Shown: positions 22,801-33,700 of the stretch, piece after piece | Layout: the number at the start of each line of letters is the position of its first letter | Numbering within the stretch: the first letter of the stretch is position 1 | Assembly (NCBI GenBank): GCA_038087875.1 | Contig: JAXLNO010000529.1 | Span: 124,001 to 188,000 of the forward strand | From: Malacoraja senta | Taxonomy: Eukaryota | Reading direction: 5' to 3' | Length of the DNA: 64,000 nt | Program-made: the position numbers and the translations under genes | The notes under the pieces: model-generated | Database searches by the model: none | The model's input: only the letters and a program-made list of their open reading frames with translations | What the model was told of the DNA's origin: nothing

Positions 22801-23158
22801 CAGTCGCTGCCTCAAAAAGGCTGGCAGCATCATCAAGGACCCACACCAACCTGGCCACACACTCATCTCCCTACTACCTTCAGGTAGAAGGTACAGGAGC
22901 CTGAAGACTGCAACGACCAGGTTCAGGAATAGCTACTTCCCCACAGCCATCAGGCTATTAAACCTGGCTCGGACATAACACTGAACATTATTAGCCAATA
23001 CTGTTATTTGCACTTTATCAGTATATTGATTCATGTGTGTATATATTTATAGAATGCCTTGTAGTCAATGCCTACTATGTTCTGTTGTGCTGAAGCAAAG
23101 CAAGAATTTCATTGACCTATCAGGGACACATGACAATAAACTCACTTGAACTTGAACT
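19856..23158 (+). mobile_element. Near-full-length Rex1/Babar LINE (APE + RT), frameshifted
   Basis: APE motifs: LANVQSL, FTETWL, GRGGGVC, AVYIPP, AGDFN, TLDHCY, SDH (20038-21321). RT motifs: PGPDGI, YRPVALT, QFAYR, DYSSAFNT, GAPQGCVLSPLLY, KFADDT, FKFLG (21557-22978). Tail AATAAA..(CTTGAA)n. Confidence 0.95.
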
Positions 23159-23535
23159 TACAAAATTCTTAAGGGGTTGGACAGGCTAGATGCAGGAAGA
23201 TTGTTCCCGATGTTGGGGAAGTCCCAGGACAAGGGGTCACAGTTTAAGGATAAGGGGGATATCTTTTAGGACCGAGATGAGAAAAACATTTTTCACGCAG
23301 AGAGTGGTGAATCTCTGGAATTCTTTGCCACAGAAGGTAGTTGAGGCCAGTTCATTGGCTATATTTAAGAGGGAGTTAGATGTGGCCCTTGTGGCTAAAG
23401 GTATCAGGGGCTATGGAGAGAAGGCAGGTACAGGATGCTGAGTTGAATGATCAGCCATGATCATATTGAATGGCGGTGCAGGCTCGAAGGGCCGAATGGC
23501 CTCTACTCCTGCACCTATTTTCTATGTTTCTATGA
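23158..23535 (+). mobile_element. CR1 3' fragment
   Basis: TRGHSLRIRG..FFTQRVVNLWNSLPQKVVEA, with TTTCTATG tail. Confidence 0.9.
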
Positions 23536-23671
23536 TATCTGGTGGGGGTTGGTGGGTGGTCAGGGGGTAGGGGGATATGAGGACTGTAGTGTGGGTGGGG
23601 AAGAGCTGGGGTCACATGGTTTGAGGGGGATGTTGAAGACCCAGTGGAATGGCCACTGAGGTTACCAGGGT

Positions 23672-23825
23672 TAGAAACATAGAAGCATAGACAATAGGTG
23701 CAGGAGTAGGCCATTCGGTCCCTTCGAGCCTGCACCGCCATTCGATATGATCATGGCTGATCATCCAACTCCGTATCCCATCCCTGCCTTCTCTCCATTC
23801 CCCCTGATCCCTTTAGCCGCAAGGT
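23672..23825 (-). mobile_element. CR1 extreme 3' end
   Basis: Reverse complement of about 23385-23535. Confidence 0.85.
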
Positions 23826-24217
23826 TACGTTGGGCATCTAGTACTAGGACCCAGCGCAGTCAAACCCAGTGGAGTTGGAGTCTGCAGCGTGGAAACTTCA
23901 GGCCTGGTGCTGAGTCCAGGCTGCAGGCGAGGCGACGGCTGCGGGCTGCTGGAGGGTGGTGGAATGGCCAGGGTCAGCGGGCAAAGAGTAGGAGTTCCTG
24001 TCCACAACGAATATAAACCTCACCTGCATTTTAATCCCCCGCCTCCCCACAACACCAAAGCCCCCGGAATCGCAAGCACAACGCCACTTTGTAGGGTTTG
24101 TGACAACGCCACTTTGTCAAAAGTTTAGTACACCTTGGTGGAGCGGGCCGGGGCCCCCCAAGATCTCGAGGCCCTAAACGTAAGCTTGTCTGGCTCATAC
24201 GTAAATCCGTCCCTGGA

Positions 24218-24352
24218 GGGAGGAAACCGGAGCGCCCAGAGAAAACCCACGCAGGTCAAGGGGAGAGAGAACATGCAAACTCCGTACAGACAGCGCCCGT
24301 GGTCGGGATGAAACCGGGGTCTCTGGCGGCAACTCTACCGCTGCGCTATCGT
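24218..24352 (-). mobile_element. HE1-like SINE 5' half
   Basis: GGGAGGAAACCGGAGC..AAAACCCACGCAGG..AAACTCCGTACAGACAGC..CAACTCTACCGCTGCGC. Confidence 0.75.
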
Positions 24353-24380
24353 GATGACCAGAGAGGTAGGAAGAGGTGAA

Positions 24381-24404
24381 TACTTCTCTCTCCCTCTCTT
24401 CCCT

Positions 24405-24435
<31 letters not shown>

Positions 24436-24602
24436 CTCTCCTCTCTCCCTCTCTCCCTTCAATACTTTCTCAAAAGTTTCTCAAAAGTTTCTCAAAACTC
24501 TCCCAAACTTTCTCTCACTCATTCCCTCCCTCTCTCCATCCCTCTCCCTCCCTCTCTCTCGTCCTCTCTCTCCCCCCTCCCTTTTCCTCTCCATCCCACC
24601 CT
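24381..24602. repeat. Polypyrimidine (CT-rich) low-complexity tract
   Basis: Long CT/CCT runs with an internal (TTTCTCAAAAG)x3 repeat. Confidence 0.9.
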
Positions 24603-24745
24603 CAATGCACCAAAAAAAGAACAACAAAACCACCCCGTAACCAACATTCGGCGGTTCGCCCTCCACCCGGACGCGTGAGACCCGCCGTCCCGCTTTGCCA
24701 GCCCCGGTGCGCCGCGTCCGTCTGTCTGTCTGTCAGTCTACCCAC

Positions 24746-24772
24746 CAAAGATCCACTAGGGGAGGTTGTAGC
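24746..24772 (-). CDS. Candidate 27-nt micro-exon at the satellite boundary
   Basis: ccccacAG|GCT ACA ACC TCC CCT AGT GGA TCT TTG|GTGGGT encodes ATTSPSGSL, phase 0-0. Confidence 0.25.
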
Positions 24773-27700
24773 CTGTGGGGACCGTGGGGACTGTGTGGGA
24801 CTGTGTGGGGACTGTGTGGGACTGTGGGGACTGTGGGGACTGTGTGGGACTGTGGGGGGATTTGGGACTGTGTGGGACTGTGGGGGAATGTGGGACTGTG
24901 GGGACTGTGTGGGACTGTGGGGACTGTGGGGACTGTGTGGGGACTGTGTGGGACTGTGTGGGGACTGTTTGCGGACTGTGTGGGGAATGTGTGGGAACTG
25001 TGTGGGACTGTGGGGAATTTGGGACTGTGTGGGGACTGTGTGGGACTGTGGGGGAATGTGGGACTGTGGGGACTGTGTGGGACTGTGGGGACTGTGTGGG
25101 ACTGTGGGGGAATGTGGGACTGTGTGGGACAGTGTGGGGACTGTGTGGGGACTGTGGGGAGTGTGTGGGACTGTGTGGGGACTATGTGGGGACTGTGTGG
25201 GACTGTGTGGGGACTGTGGGACAGTGTGGGGACTGTGAGGGACTGTGGGGGAATGTGGGACTGTGGGGGACTATGGGACTGTGTGGGACTGTGCGGGGAC
25301 TGTGTGGGACTGTGTGGGGACTGTGTGGGACTGTGGGGGAATGTGGGACTGTGTGGGGACTGTGTGGGGACTGTGTGGGACTGTGGGGGAATGTGGGACT
25401 GTGTGGGGACAGTGTGGGACTGTGTGGGACTGTGTGGGGACTGTGTGTGGGACTGTGCGGGACTGTGTGGGGAGTGTGGGGACTGTGTGGGGACTGTGGG
25501 GGACTGTGGGGGAATGTGGGACTGTGGGGGACAGTGTGGGGGACTGTAGGGGACTGTGTGGGACTGTGGGGGATTGTGTGGGGGACTGTGGGGAACTGAG
25601 GGGGGCTGTGTGTGGGACTGTGGGGACTGTGTGGGACTGTGGGACTGTGTGGGGACTGTGTGTGGGACTGTGTGGGGACTGTGGGGACTGTGTGGGGACT
25701 GTGGGGACTGTGTGGGGCTGTGGGGACTGTGTGTGGGACTGTGGGACTGTGTGGGGACTGTGTGTGGGACTGTGGGGACTGTGTGGGGACTGTGGGGGAC
25801 TGTGGGGGAATGTGGGGGAATGTGGGACTGTGTGGGGACTGTGTGGGTCTGTGGGGGACTGAGGGGACTGTGTGGGGACTGTGTGGGGACTGTGTGGGGA
25901 CTGTGTGGGTCTGTGGGGGACTGTGGGGACTGTGTGGGGACTGTGTGGGTCTGTGGGGGACTGTGTGGGGACTGTGTAGGGACTGTGTGGGGACTGTGGG
26001 GGAATGTGGGACTGTGTGGGGACTGTGTGGGTCTGTGGGGGACTGTGTGGGACTGTGGGACTGTGTGGGGACTGTGTGGGGACAGTGGGTACTGTGTGGG
26101 ACTGTGGGACTGTGTGGGACTGTGGGGACTGTGTGGGACGGTGTGGGACTGTGGGGACTGTGTGGGACCGTGGGACTGTGTGGGACTGTGTGGGACTGTG
26201 GGGACTGTGGGGGACTGTGTGGACTGTGTGGGACTGTGGGGGACTGTGGGACTGTGTGGGACTGTGGGACTGTGGGGGACTGTGGGGACTGTGTGGGACT
26301 GTGTGGGACTGTGGGGACTGTGTGGACTGTGTGGGACTGTGGGACTGTGTGGGACTGTGTGGGACTGTGGGACTGTGTGGGACTGTGGGGACTGTGGGAG
26401 ACTGTGTGGGGGCCTGTGTGGGACTGTGTGGGGGAATGTGGGACTGTGTGGGGATTGTGTGGGACTGTGGGACTGTGTGGGGACTGTGTGGGGACTGTGG
26501 GGGAATGTGGGACTGTGTGGGGACTGTGGGGGAATGTGGGGGACTGTGGGACTGTGTGGGGACTGTGGGGGACTGTGTGGGACTGTGTGGGGACTGTGTG
26601 GGACTGTGGGGGAATGTGTGACTGTGTGGGGACTGTGTGGGACTGTGGGACTGTGTGGGACTGTGGGACTGTGGGGGAATGTGGGGGACTGTGGGACTGT
26701 GTGGGGACTGTGGGGGACTGTGTGTGGACTGTGTGTGGACTGTGGGGGACTGTGTGGGGACTGTGGGGGAGTGTGTGGGGACTGTGGGGGACTGTGTGGG
26801 GACTGTGGGGGACTGTGTGGGGACTGTGTGGGACTGTGGGGGACAGTGGGACTGTGTGGGGAATGTGGGGGACTGTGTGGGGACTGTGGGGGACTGTTTG
26901 GGGACTGTGGGGGACTGTGGGGGACTGTGTGGGGACGGTGTGGGGACGGTGTGGGGACTGTGTGGGGACAGTGGGTACTGTGTGGGGACTGTGGGACTGT
27001 GTGGGACTGTGTGGGGACTGTGGGACTGTGGGACTGTGTGGGGACTATGTAGGACTGTGTGGGGACTGTGGGACTGTGTGGGGACTGTGGGGACCTATGG
27101 GGACTGTGGGACTGTGTGGGGACTGTGTGGGACTGTGGGACTGTGTGGGGACTGTGTGGGGACTGTGTGGGGTCTGGGGACTGTGTGGGGACTGTGGGAC
27201 TGTGTGGGACCTGTGTGGGGACTGTGGGGACTGTGTGGGGACTGTGTGGGACTGTGTGGGGACTGTGTGGGACTGTTGGGACTGTGGGGCTGTGTGGGGA
27301 CTGTGGGGACTGTGTGGGGACTGTGTGGGACTGTGTGGGGACTGTGTGGGACTGTGGGGACTGTGGGGACTGTGTGGGGACTGTGTGGGACTGTGGGGAC
27401 TGTGTGGGACTGTGGGGACTGTGTGGGACTGTGTGGTGACTGTGGGGACTGTGTGGGGACTGTGGGACTGTGTGGGGACTGTGTGGGGACTGTGGGGACT
27501 GTGTGGGACTGTGTGGGACTGTGGGACTGTGTGGGACTGTGGGGACTGTGTGGGACTGTGGGGGACTGTGGGGACTGTGTGGGACTGTGGGGACTGTGTG
27601 GGGACTGTGGGGGGACTGTGTGGGGACTGTGTGGACTGTGTGGGACTGTGTGGGACTGTGTGGGACTGTGGGGGACTGTGTGGGTTGGGACTGTGTGGGA

Positions 27701-30700
27701 CTGTGTGGGACTGTGGGGGACTGTGTGGGACTGTGGGGACTGTGTGGGACTGTGGGACTGTGTGGGGACTGTGGGGCTGTGTGGGGACTGTGGGACTGTG
27801 TGGGGACTGTGGGGACTGTGTGGGGACTGTGGGGACTGTGTGGGACTGTGGGACTGTGGGGACTGTGTGGGACTGTGTGGGGACTGTGGGACTGTGGGGA
27901 CTGTGTGGGACTGTGTGGGGACTGTGGGACTGTGTGGGACTGTGTGGGACTGTGTGGTGACTGTGGGGACTGTGTGGGACTGTGTGGGGACTGTGTGGGG
28001 AACTGTGGGGACTGTGTGGGGACTGTGGGGGACTGTGTGGGGACTGTGTGGGGACTGTGGGATTGTGGGGATTGTGTGGAACTGTGGGGACTGTGGGGGA
28101 CTGTGGGGGACTGTGGGACTGTGGGGACTGTGTGGGACTGTGTGGGGACTGTGGGACTGTGGGGGACTGTGGGACTGTGTGGGGACTGTGGGACTGTGTG
28201 GGGACTGTGGGACTGTGTGGGGACTGTGGGACTGTGTGGGAACTGTGGGGACTGTGGGGACTGTGTGGGGACTGTGGGACTGTGTGGGGACTGTGTGGGG
28301 ACTGTGGGACTCTGTGGGGACTGTGTGGACTGTGGGACTGTGGGACTGTGTGGGGACTGTGTGGGACTGTGTGGGGACTGTGGGGACTGTGGGACTGTGT
28401 TGGACTGTGGGGACTGTGGGACTGTGTGGGGACTGTGGGGGACTGTGGGGACTGTGGGACTGTGTGGGAATGTGTGGGGACTGCGGGGGACTGTGGGGGA
28501 CTGTGTGTACTGTGGGGCTGTGGGACTGTGTGGGACTGTGGGTGCTGTGGGACTGTGTGGGACTGTGGGACTGTGTGGGGACTGTGGGGCTGTGTGGGGA
28601 CTGTGGGACTGTGTGGGGACTGTGGGGACTGTGTGGGGACTGTGGGACTGTGGGACTGTGGGACTGTGGGGACTGTGTGGGGACTGTGTGGGACTGTGTG
28701 GGACTGTGGGGACTGTGGGACTGTGTGGGGACTGTGGGACTGTGGGACTGTGTGGGGACTGTGGGACTGTGTGGGGACTGTGGGGACTGTGGGGACTGTG
28801 GGACTGTGGGGACTGTGGGGACTGTTGGACTGTGGGACTGTGGGACTGTGTGTGGGACTGTGGGACTGTGGGGACTGTGTGTGGGACTGTGGGGAATGTG
28901 TGGGGACTGTGGGGGACTGTGGGGACTGTGTGGGACTGTGTGGGACTGTGGGACTGTGTGGGGACTGCGTGGGACTGTGTGGGGACTGTGTGGGACTGTG
29001 GGGACTGTGTGGGACTGTGGGGGACTGTGGGGACTGTGTGGGACTGTGGGGGACTGTGTGGGAACTGTGGGGACTGTGGGGACTGTGTGGGACTGTGTGG
29101 GACTGTGGGGACTGTGTGGACTGTGTGGGACTGTGTGGGGACTGTGTGGGACTGTGGGGACTGTGTGGGACTGTGGGAGACTGTGTGGGACTGTGTGGGA
29201 CTGTGTGGGGACCGTGGGGACTGTGTGGGACTGTGGGGGACGGTGTGGGACTGTGGGACTGTGGGATTGTGTGGGACTGTGTGGGGTCTGTGTGGGGACT
29301 GTGTGGGGACTGCGGGGACTGCGTGGGACTGCGTGGGGACTGTGTGGGACTGTGGGGACTGTGGGGGACTGTGGGGACTGTGGGGGACTGTGTGGGGACT
29401 GTGGGACTGTGTGGGGACTGTGGGACTGTGTGGAGGACAGTGTGGGGACTGTGGGGACTGTGGGGACTGTGGTACTGTGTGGCGACTATGTGGGGACTGT
29501 GGGACTGTGGGGGAATGGGGGACTGTGGGACTGTTGGACTGTGTGGCGACTGTGTGGGGACTGTGTGGGGAACTGTGGGGACTGTGTGGGGACTGTGGGG
29601 GACTGTGTGGGACTGTGTGGGGACTGTGGGGACTGTGTGGGGACTGTGGGATTGTGGGGATTGTGTGGAACTGTGGGGACTGTGGGGGACTGTGGGGGAC
29701 TGTGGGACTGTGGGGACTGTGTGGGACTGTGTGGGGACTGTGGGACTGTGGGACTGTGGGACTGTGTGGGACTGTGTGGGGACTGTGGGACTGTGTGGGG
29801 ACTGTGGGACTGTGTGGGGACTGTGGGACTGTGTGGGAACTGTGGGGACTGTGGGGACTGTGGGGACTGTGTGGGGACTGTGGGACTGTGTGGGGACTGT
29901 GTGGGGACTGTGGGACTCTGTGGGGACTGTGTGGACTGTGGGAATGTGGGACTGTGTGGGGACAGTGTGGGACTGTGTGGGGACTGTGGGGACTGTGGGA
30001 CTGTGTTGGACTGTGGGGACTGTGGGACTGTGTGGGACTATGTGGGGACTGTGGGGGACTGTGGGGACTGTGGGACTGTGTGGGAATGTGTGGGGACTGC
30101 GGGGGACTGTGGGACTGTGGGGGACTGTGTGTACTGTGGGGCTGTGGGACTGTGGGTGCTGTGGGACTGTGTGGGACTGTGGGACTGTGTGGGGACTGTG
30201 GGGCTGTGTGGGGACTGTGGGACTGTGTGGGGACTGTGGGGACTGTGTGGGGACTGTGGGACTGTGGGGACTGTGGGACTGTGGGGACTGTGTGGGGACT
30301 GTGTGGGACTGTGTGGGGACTGTGGGACTGTGGGACTGTGTGGGGACTGTGGGACTGTGTGGGGACTGTGGGGACTGTGGGACTGTGGGGACTGTGGGGA
30401 CTGTGGGACTGTGTGGGGACTGTGTGGAGACTGTGGGGACTGTGGGACTGTGGGGACTGTGTGGGGACTGTGGGACTGTGTGGGGACTGTGGGACTGTGT
30501 GGGGACTGTGGGGACTGTGTGGGACTGTGTGGGGACTGTGTGGGACTGTGTGGGGATGTGGGACTGTGGGACTGTGTGGGACTGTGGGGGAATGTGGGGG
30601 ACTGTGGGGACTGTGGGGACTGTGGGGGAATGTGGGACTGTGGGGGACTGTGGGGGACTGTGTGGGGACTGTGGGGACTGTGGGGGAATGTGGGACTGTG

Positions 30701-33700
30701 GGGGACTGTGCGACTGTGGGGGAATGTGGGGACTGTGGGGGCTGTGGGGACTGTGGGGGACTGTGGGACTGTGGGGAACTGTGCGACTGTGGGGGAATGT
30801 GGGACAGTGGGGACTGTGTGGGGACTGTGGGGACTGTGTGGGGACTGTGGGACTGGGGGGACTGTGGGGACTGTGGGGACTGTGTGGGGACTATGGGGAC
30901 TGTGTGGGGACTGCGTGGGGACTGTGGGACTGGGGGGACTGTGGGGACTGTGGTGACTGTGTGGGGGACTGTGGGGAATGTGGGACTGTGGGGGACTGTG
31001 CGACTGTGGGGGAATGTGGGGACTGTGGGGGACTTTGGGACTGTGGGGACTGTGTGGGACTGTGTGGGGACTGTGGGACTGTGGGACTGTCGGGGACTGT
31101 GGGACTGTGGGGACTGTGGGGGCTGTGGGGACTGTGTGGGACTGTGTGGGGACTGTGGGACTGTGTGGGGACTGTGGGGACTGTGGGGGCTGTGTGGGGA
31201 CTGTGGGGAATGTGGGGACTGTGTGGGTACTGTGGGACTGTGTGGGGACTGTGGGGACTGTGGGACTGTGTGGGGACTGTGGGGGACTGTGTGGGAACTG
31301 TGGGACTGTGTGGGGACTGTGTGGACTGTGGGACTGTGTGGGACTGTGGGACTGTGTGGGGACTGTGTGGGACTGTGTGGGGACTGTGTGGGACTGTGTG
31401 GGGACTGTGGGGACTGTGTGGGACTGTGTGGGACTGTGGGGACTGTGGGGACTGTGGGACTGTTTGGGACTGTGTGGGGACTGTGGGGACTGTGGGACTG
31501 TGTGGGACTGTGGGGACTGTGTGGGACTGTGTGGGGACTGTGTGGGACTGTGTGGGGACTGTGGGGACTGTGGAACTGTGTGGGACTGTGTGGGACTGTG
31601 GGGACTGTGGGGACTGTGGGAATGTGTGGGACTGTGTGGGTCTGTGTGGGACTGTGTGGGGACTGTGGGACTGTGGGGGACTGTGTGGACTGTGGGGCTG
31701 TGGGACTGTGTGGGACTGTGGGACTGTGTGGGGACTGTGGGGCTGTGTGGGGACTGTGGGACTGCGTGGGGACTGTGGGGGGACTGTGGGACTGTGTGGG
31801 GACTGTGGGGACTGTGGGGACTGTGGGGACTGTGGGACTGTGGGACTGTGTCGGGACTGTGGGACTGTGTGGGGACTGTGGGGACTGTGGGACTGTGGGG
31901 ACTGTGGGACTGTGGGGACTGTGTGTGGGACTGTGGGACTGTGTGGGGACTGTGTGTGGGACTGTGGGGACTGTGGGGACTGTGGGGACTGTGTGGGGAC
32001 TGTGTGGGGACTGTGGGGACTGTGGGACTGTGTGGGACTGTGTGGGGACTGTGTGGGGACTGTGGGGACTGTGTGGGACTGCGTGGGACTGTGTGGGGAC
32101 TGTGTGGGACTGTGTGGGACTGTGGGGGACTGTGGGGACTGTGTGGGACTGTGGGGAACTGTGGGGACTGTGTGGGACTGTGGGGACTGTGTGGGACTGT
32201 GGGGAATGTGTGGGACTGTGTTGGACTGTGGGGACTGTGTGGGACTGTGGGGGACTGTGGGGGACTGTGGGGACTGTGTGGGACTGTGTGGGACTGTGGG
32301 GACTGAGGGGACTGTGTGGGACTATGTGGGACTGTGTGGTGACTGTGGGGACTGTGTGGGACTGTGGGGGACTGTGTGGGACTGTGTGGGACTGTGGGGG
32401 ACTGTGTGGGACTGTGGGACTGTGTGGGACTGTGTGGGACTGTGTGGGGACTGTGTGGGGACTGCGTGGGACTGTGTGGGGACTGTGGGACTGTGTGGGG
32501 AATGTGTGGGGACTGTGTGGGACTGTGGGGACTGTGTGGGACTGTGGGACTGTGTGGGACTGTGGGGACTGTGTGGGACTGTGGGACTGTGTGGGACTGT
32601 GGGGACTGTGGGGACTGTGTGGGACTGTGGGGGACTGTGTGGGACTGTTTGGGACTGTGGGACTGTGGGGACTGTGTGGGACTGTGGGGGACTGTGGGGA
32701 CTGTGGGACTGTGTGGGACTCTGGGGACTGTGTGGGACTGTGGGGACTGTGGGGACGGTGGGACTGTGGGGACTGTGTGGGACTGTGGGGACTGTGTGGG
32801 ACTGTGAGGGACTGTGGGGGACTGTGTGGGACTGTGGGGACTGTGTGGGACTGTGTGGGACTGTGGGGACTGTGTGGGACTGTGGGGACTGTGTGGGACT
32901 GTGTGGGGACTGTGGGGACTGTGTGGGACTGTGTGGGACTGTGTGGGACTGTGGGACTGTGTGGGACTGTGGGGACTGTGTGGGACTGTGTGGGACTGTG
33001 TGGGACTGTGTGGGACTGTGGGGACTGTGTGGGGACTGTGGGCACTGTGGGGGACTGTGGGGGCCTGTGGGGACTGTGGGGTTGTAGGGACTGTGGGCAC
33101 TGTGGGGGAATGTGGGGACTGTGGGGGCTGTGGGGACTGTGAGGGACTGTGGGACTGTGGGGGACTGTGCGACTGTGGGGGAATGTGGGACTGTGGGGAC
33201 TGTGTGGGGACTGTGTGGGGACTGTGGGACTGGGGGGACTGTGGGGACTGTGTGGGGACTGTGTGGGGACTGTGTGGGGACTGGGGGGACTGTGGGGACT
33301 GTGTGGGGACTGTGTGGGGACTGTGGGACTGGGGGGACTGTGGGGACTGTGGGGACTGTGTGGGGGACTGTGGGGACTGTGGGGACTGTGTGGGACTGTG
33401 GGGACTGTGTGGGACTGTGGGGACTGTGGGACTGTGGGGGACTGTGGGGACTGTGTGGGACTGTGTGGGACTGTGGGGACTGTGTGGGACTGTGGGGGAC
33501 TGTGTGGGACTGTGTGGGGACTGTGGGGACTGTGGGGGACTGTGTGGGACTGTGGGACTGTGTGGGGATTGTGGGGACTGTGTGGGACTGTGGGGACTGT
33601 GTGGACTGTGTGGGACTGTGTGGGACTGTGTGGGACTGTGGGGACTGTGTGGGACTGTGGGGACTGTGTGGGACTGTGGGGACTGTGTGGGACTGTGGGG

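Noticed and set aside
24351..24700. S/L/P-rich signal-peptide-like ORF starts
   Set aside because: They are translations of a CT low-complexity tract.
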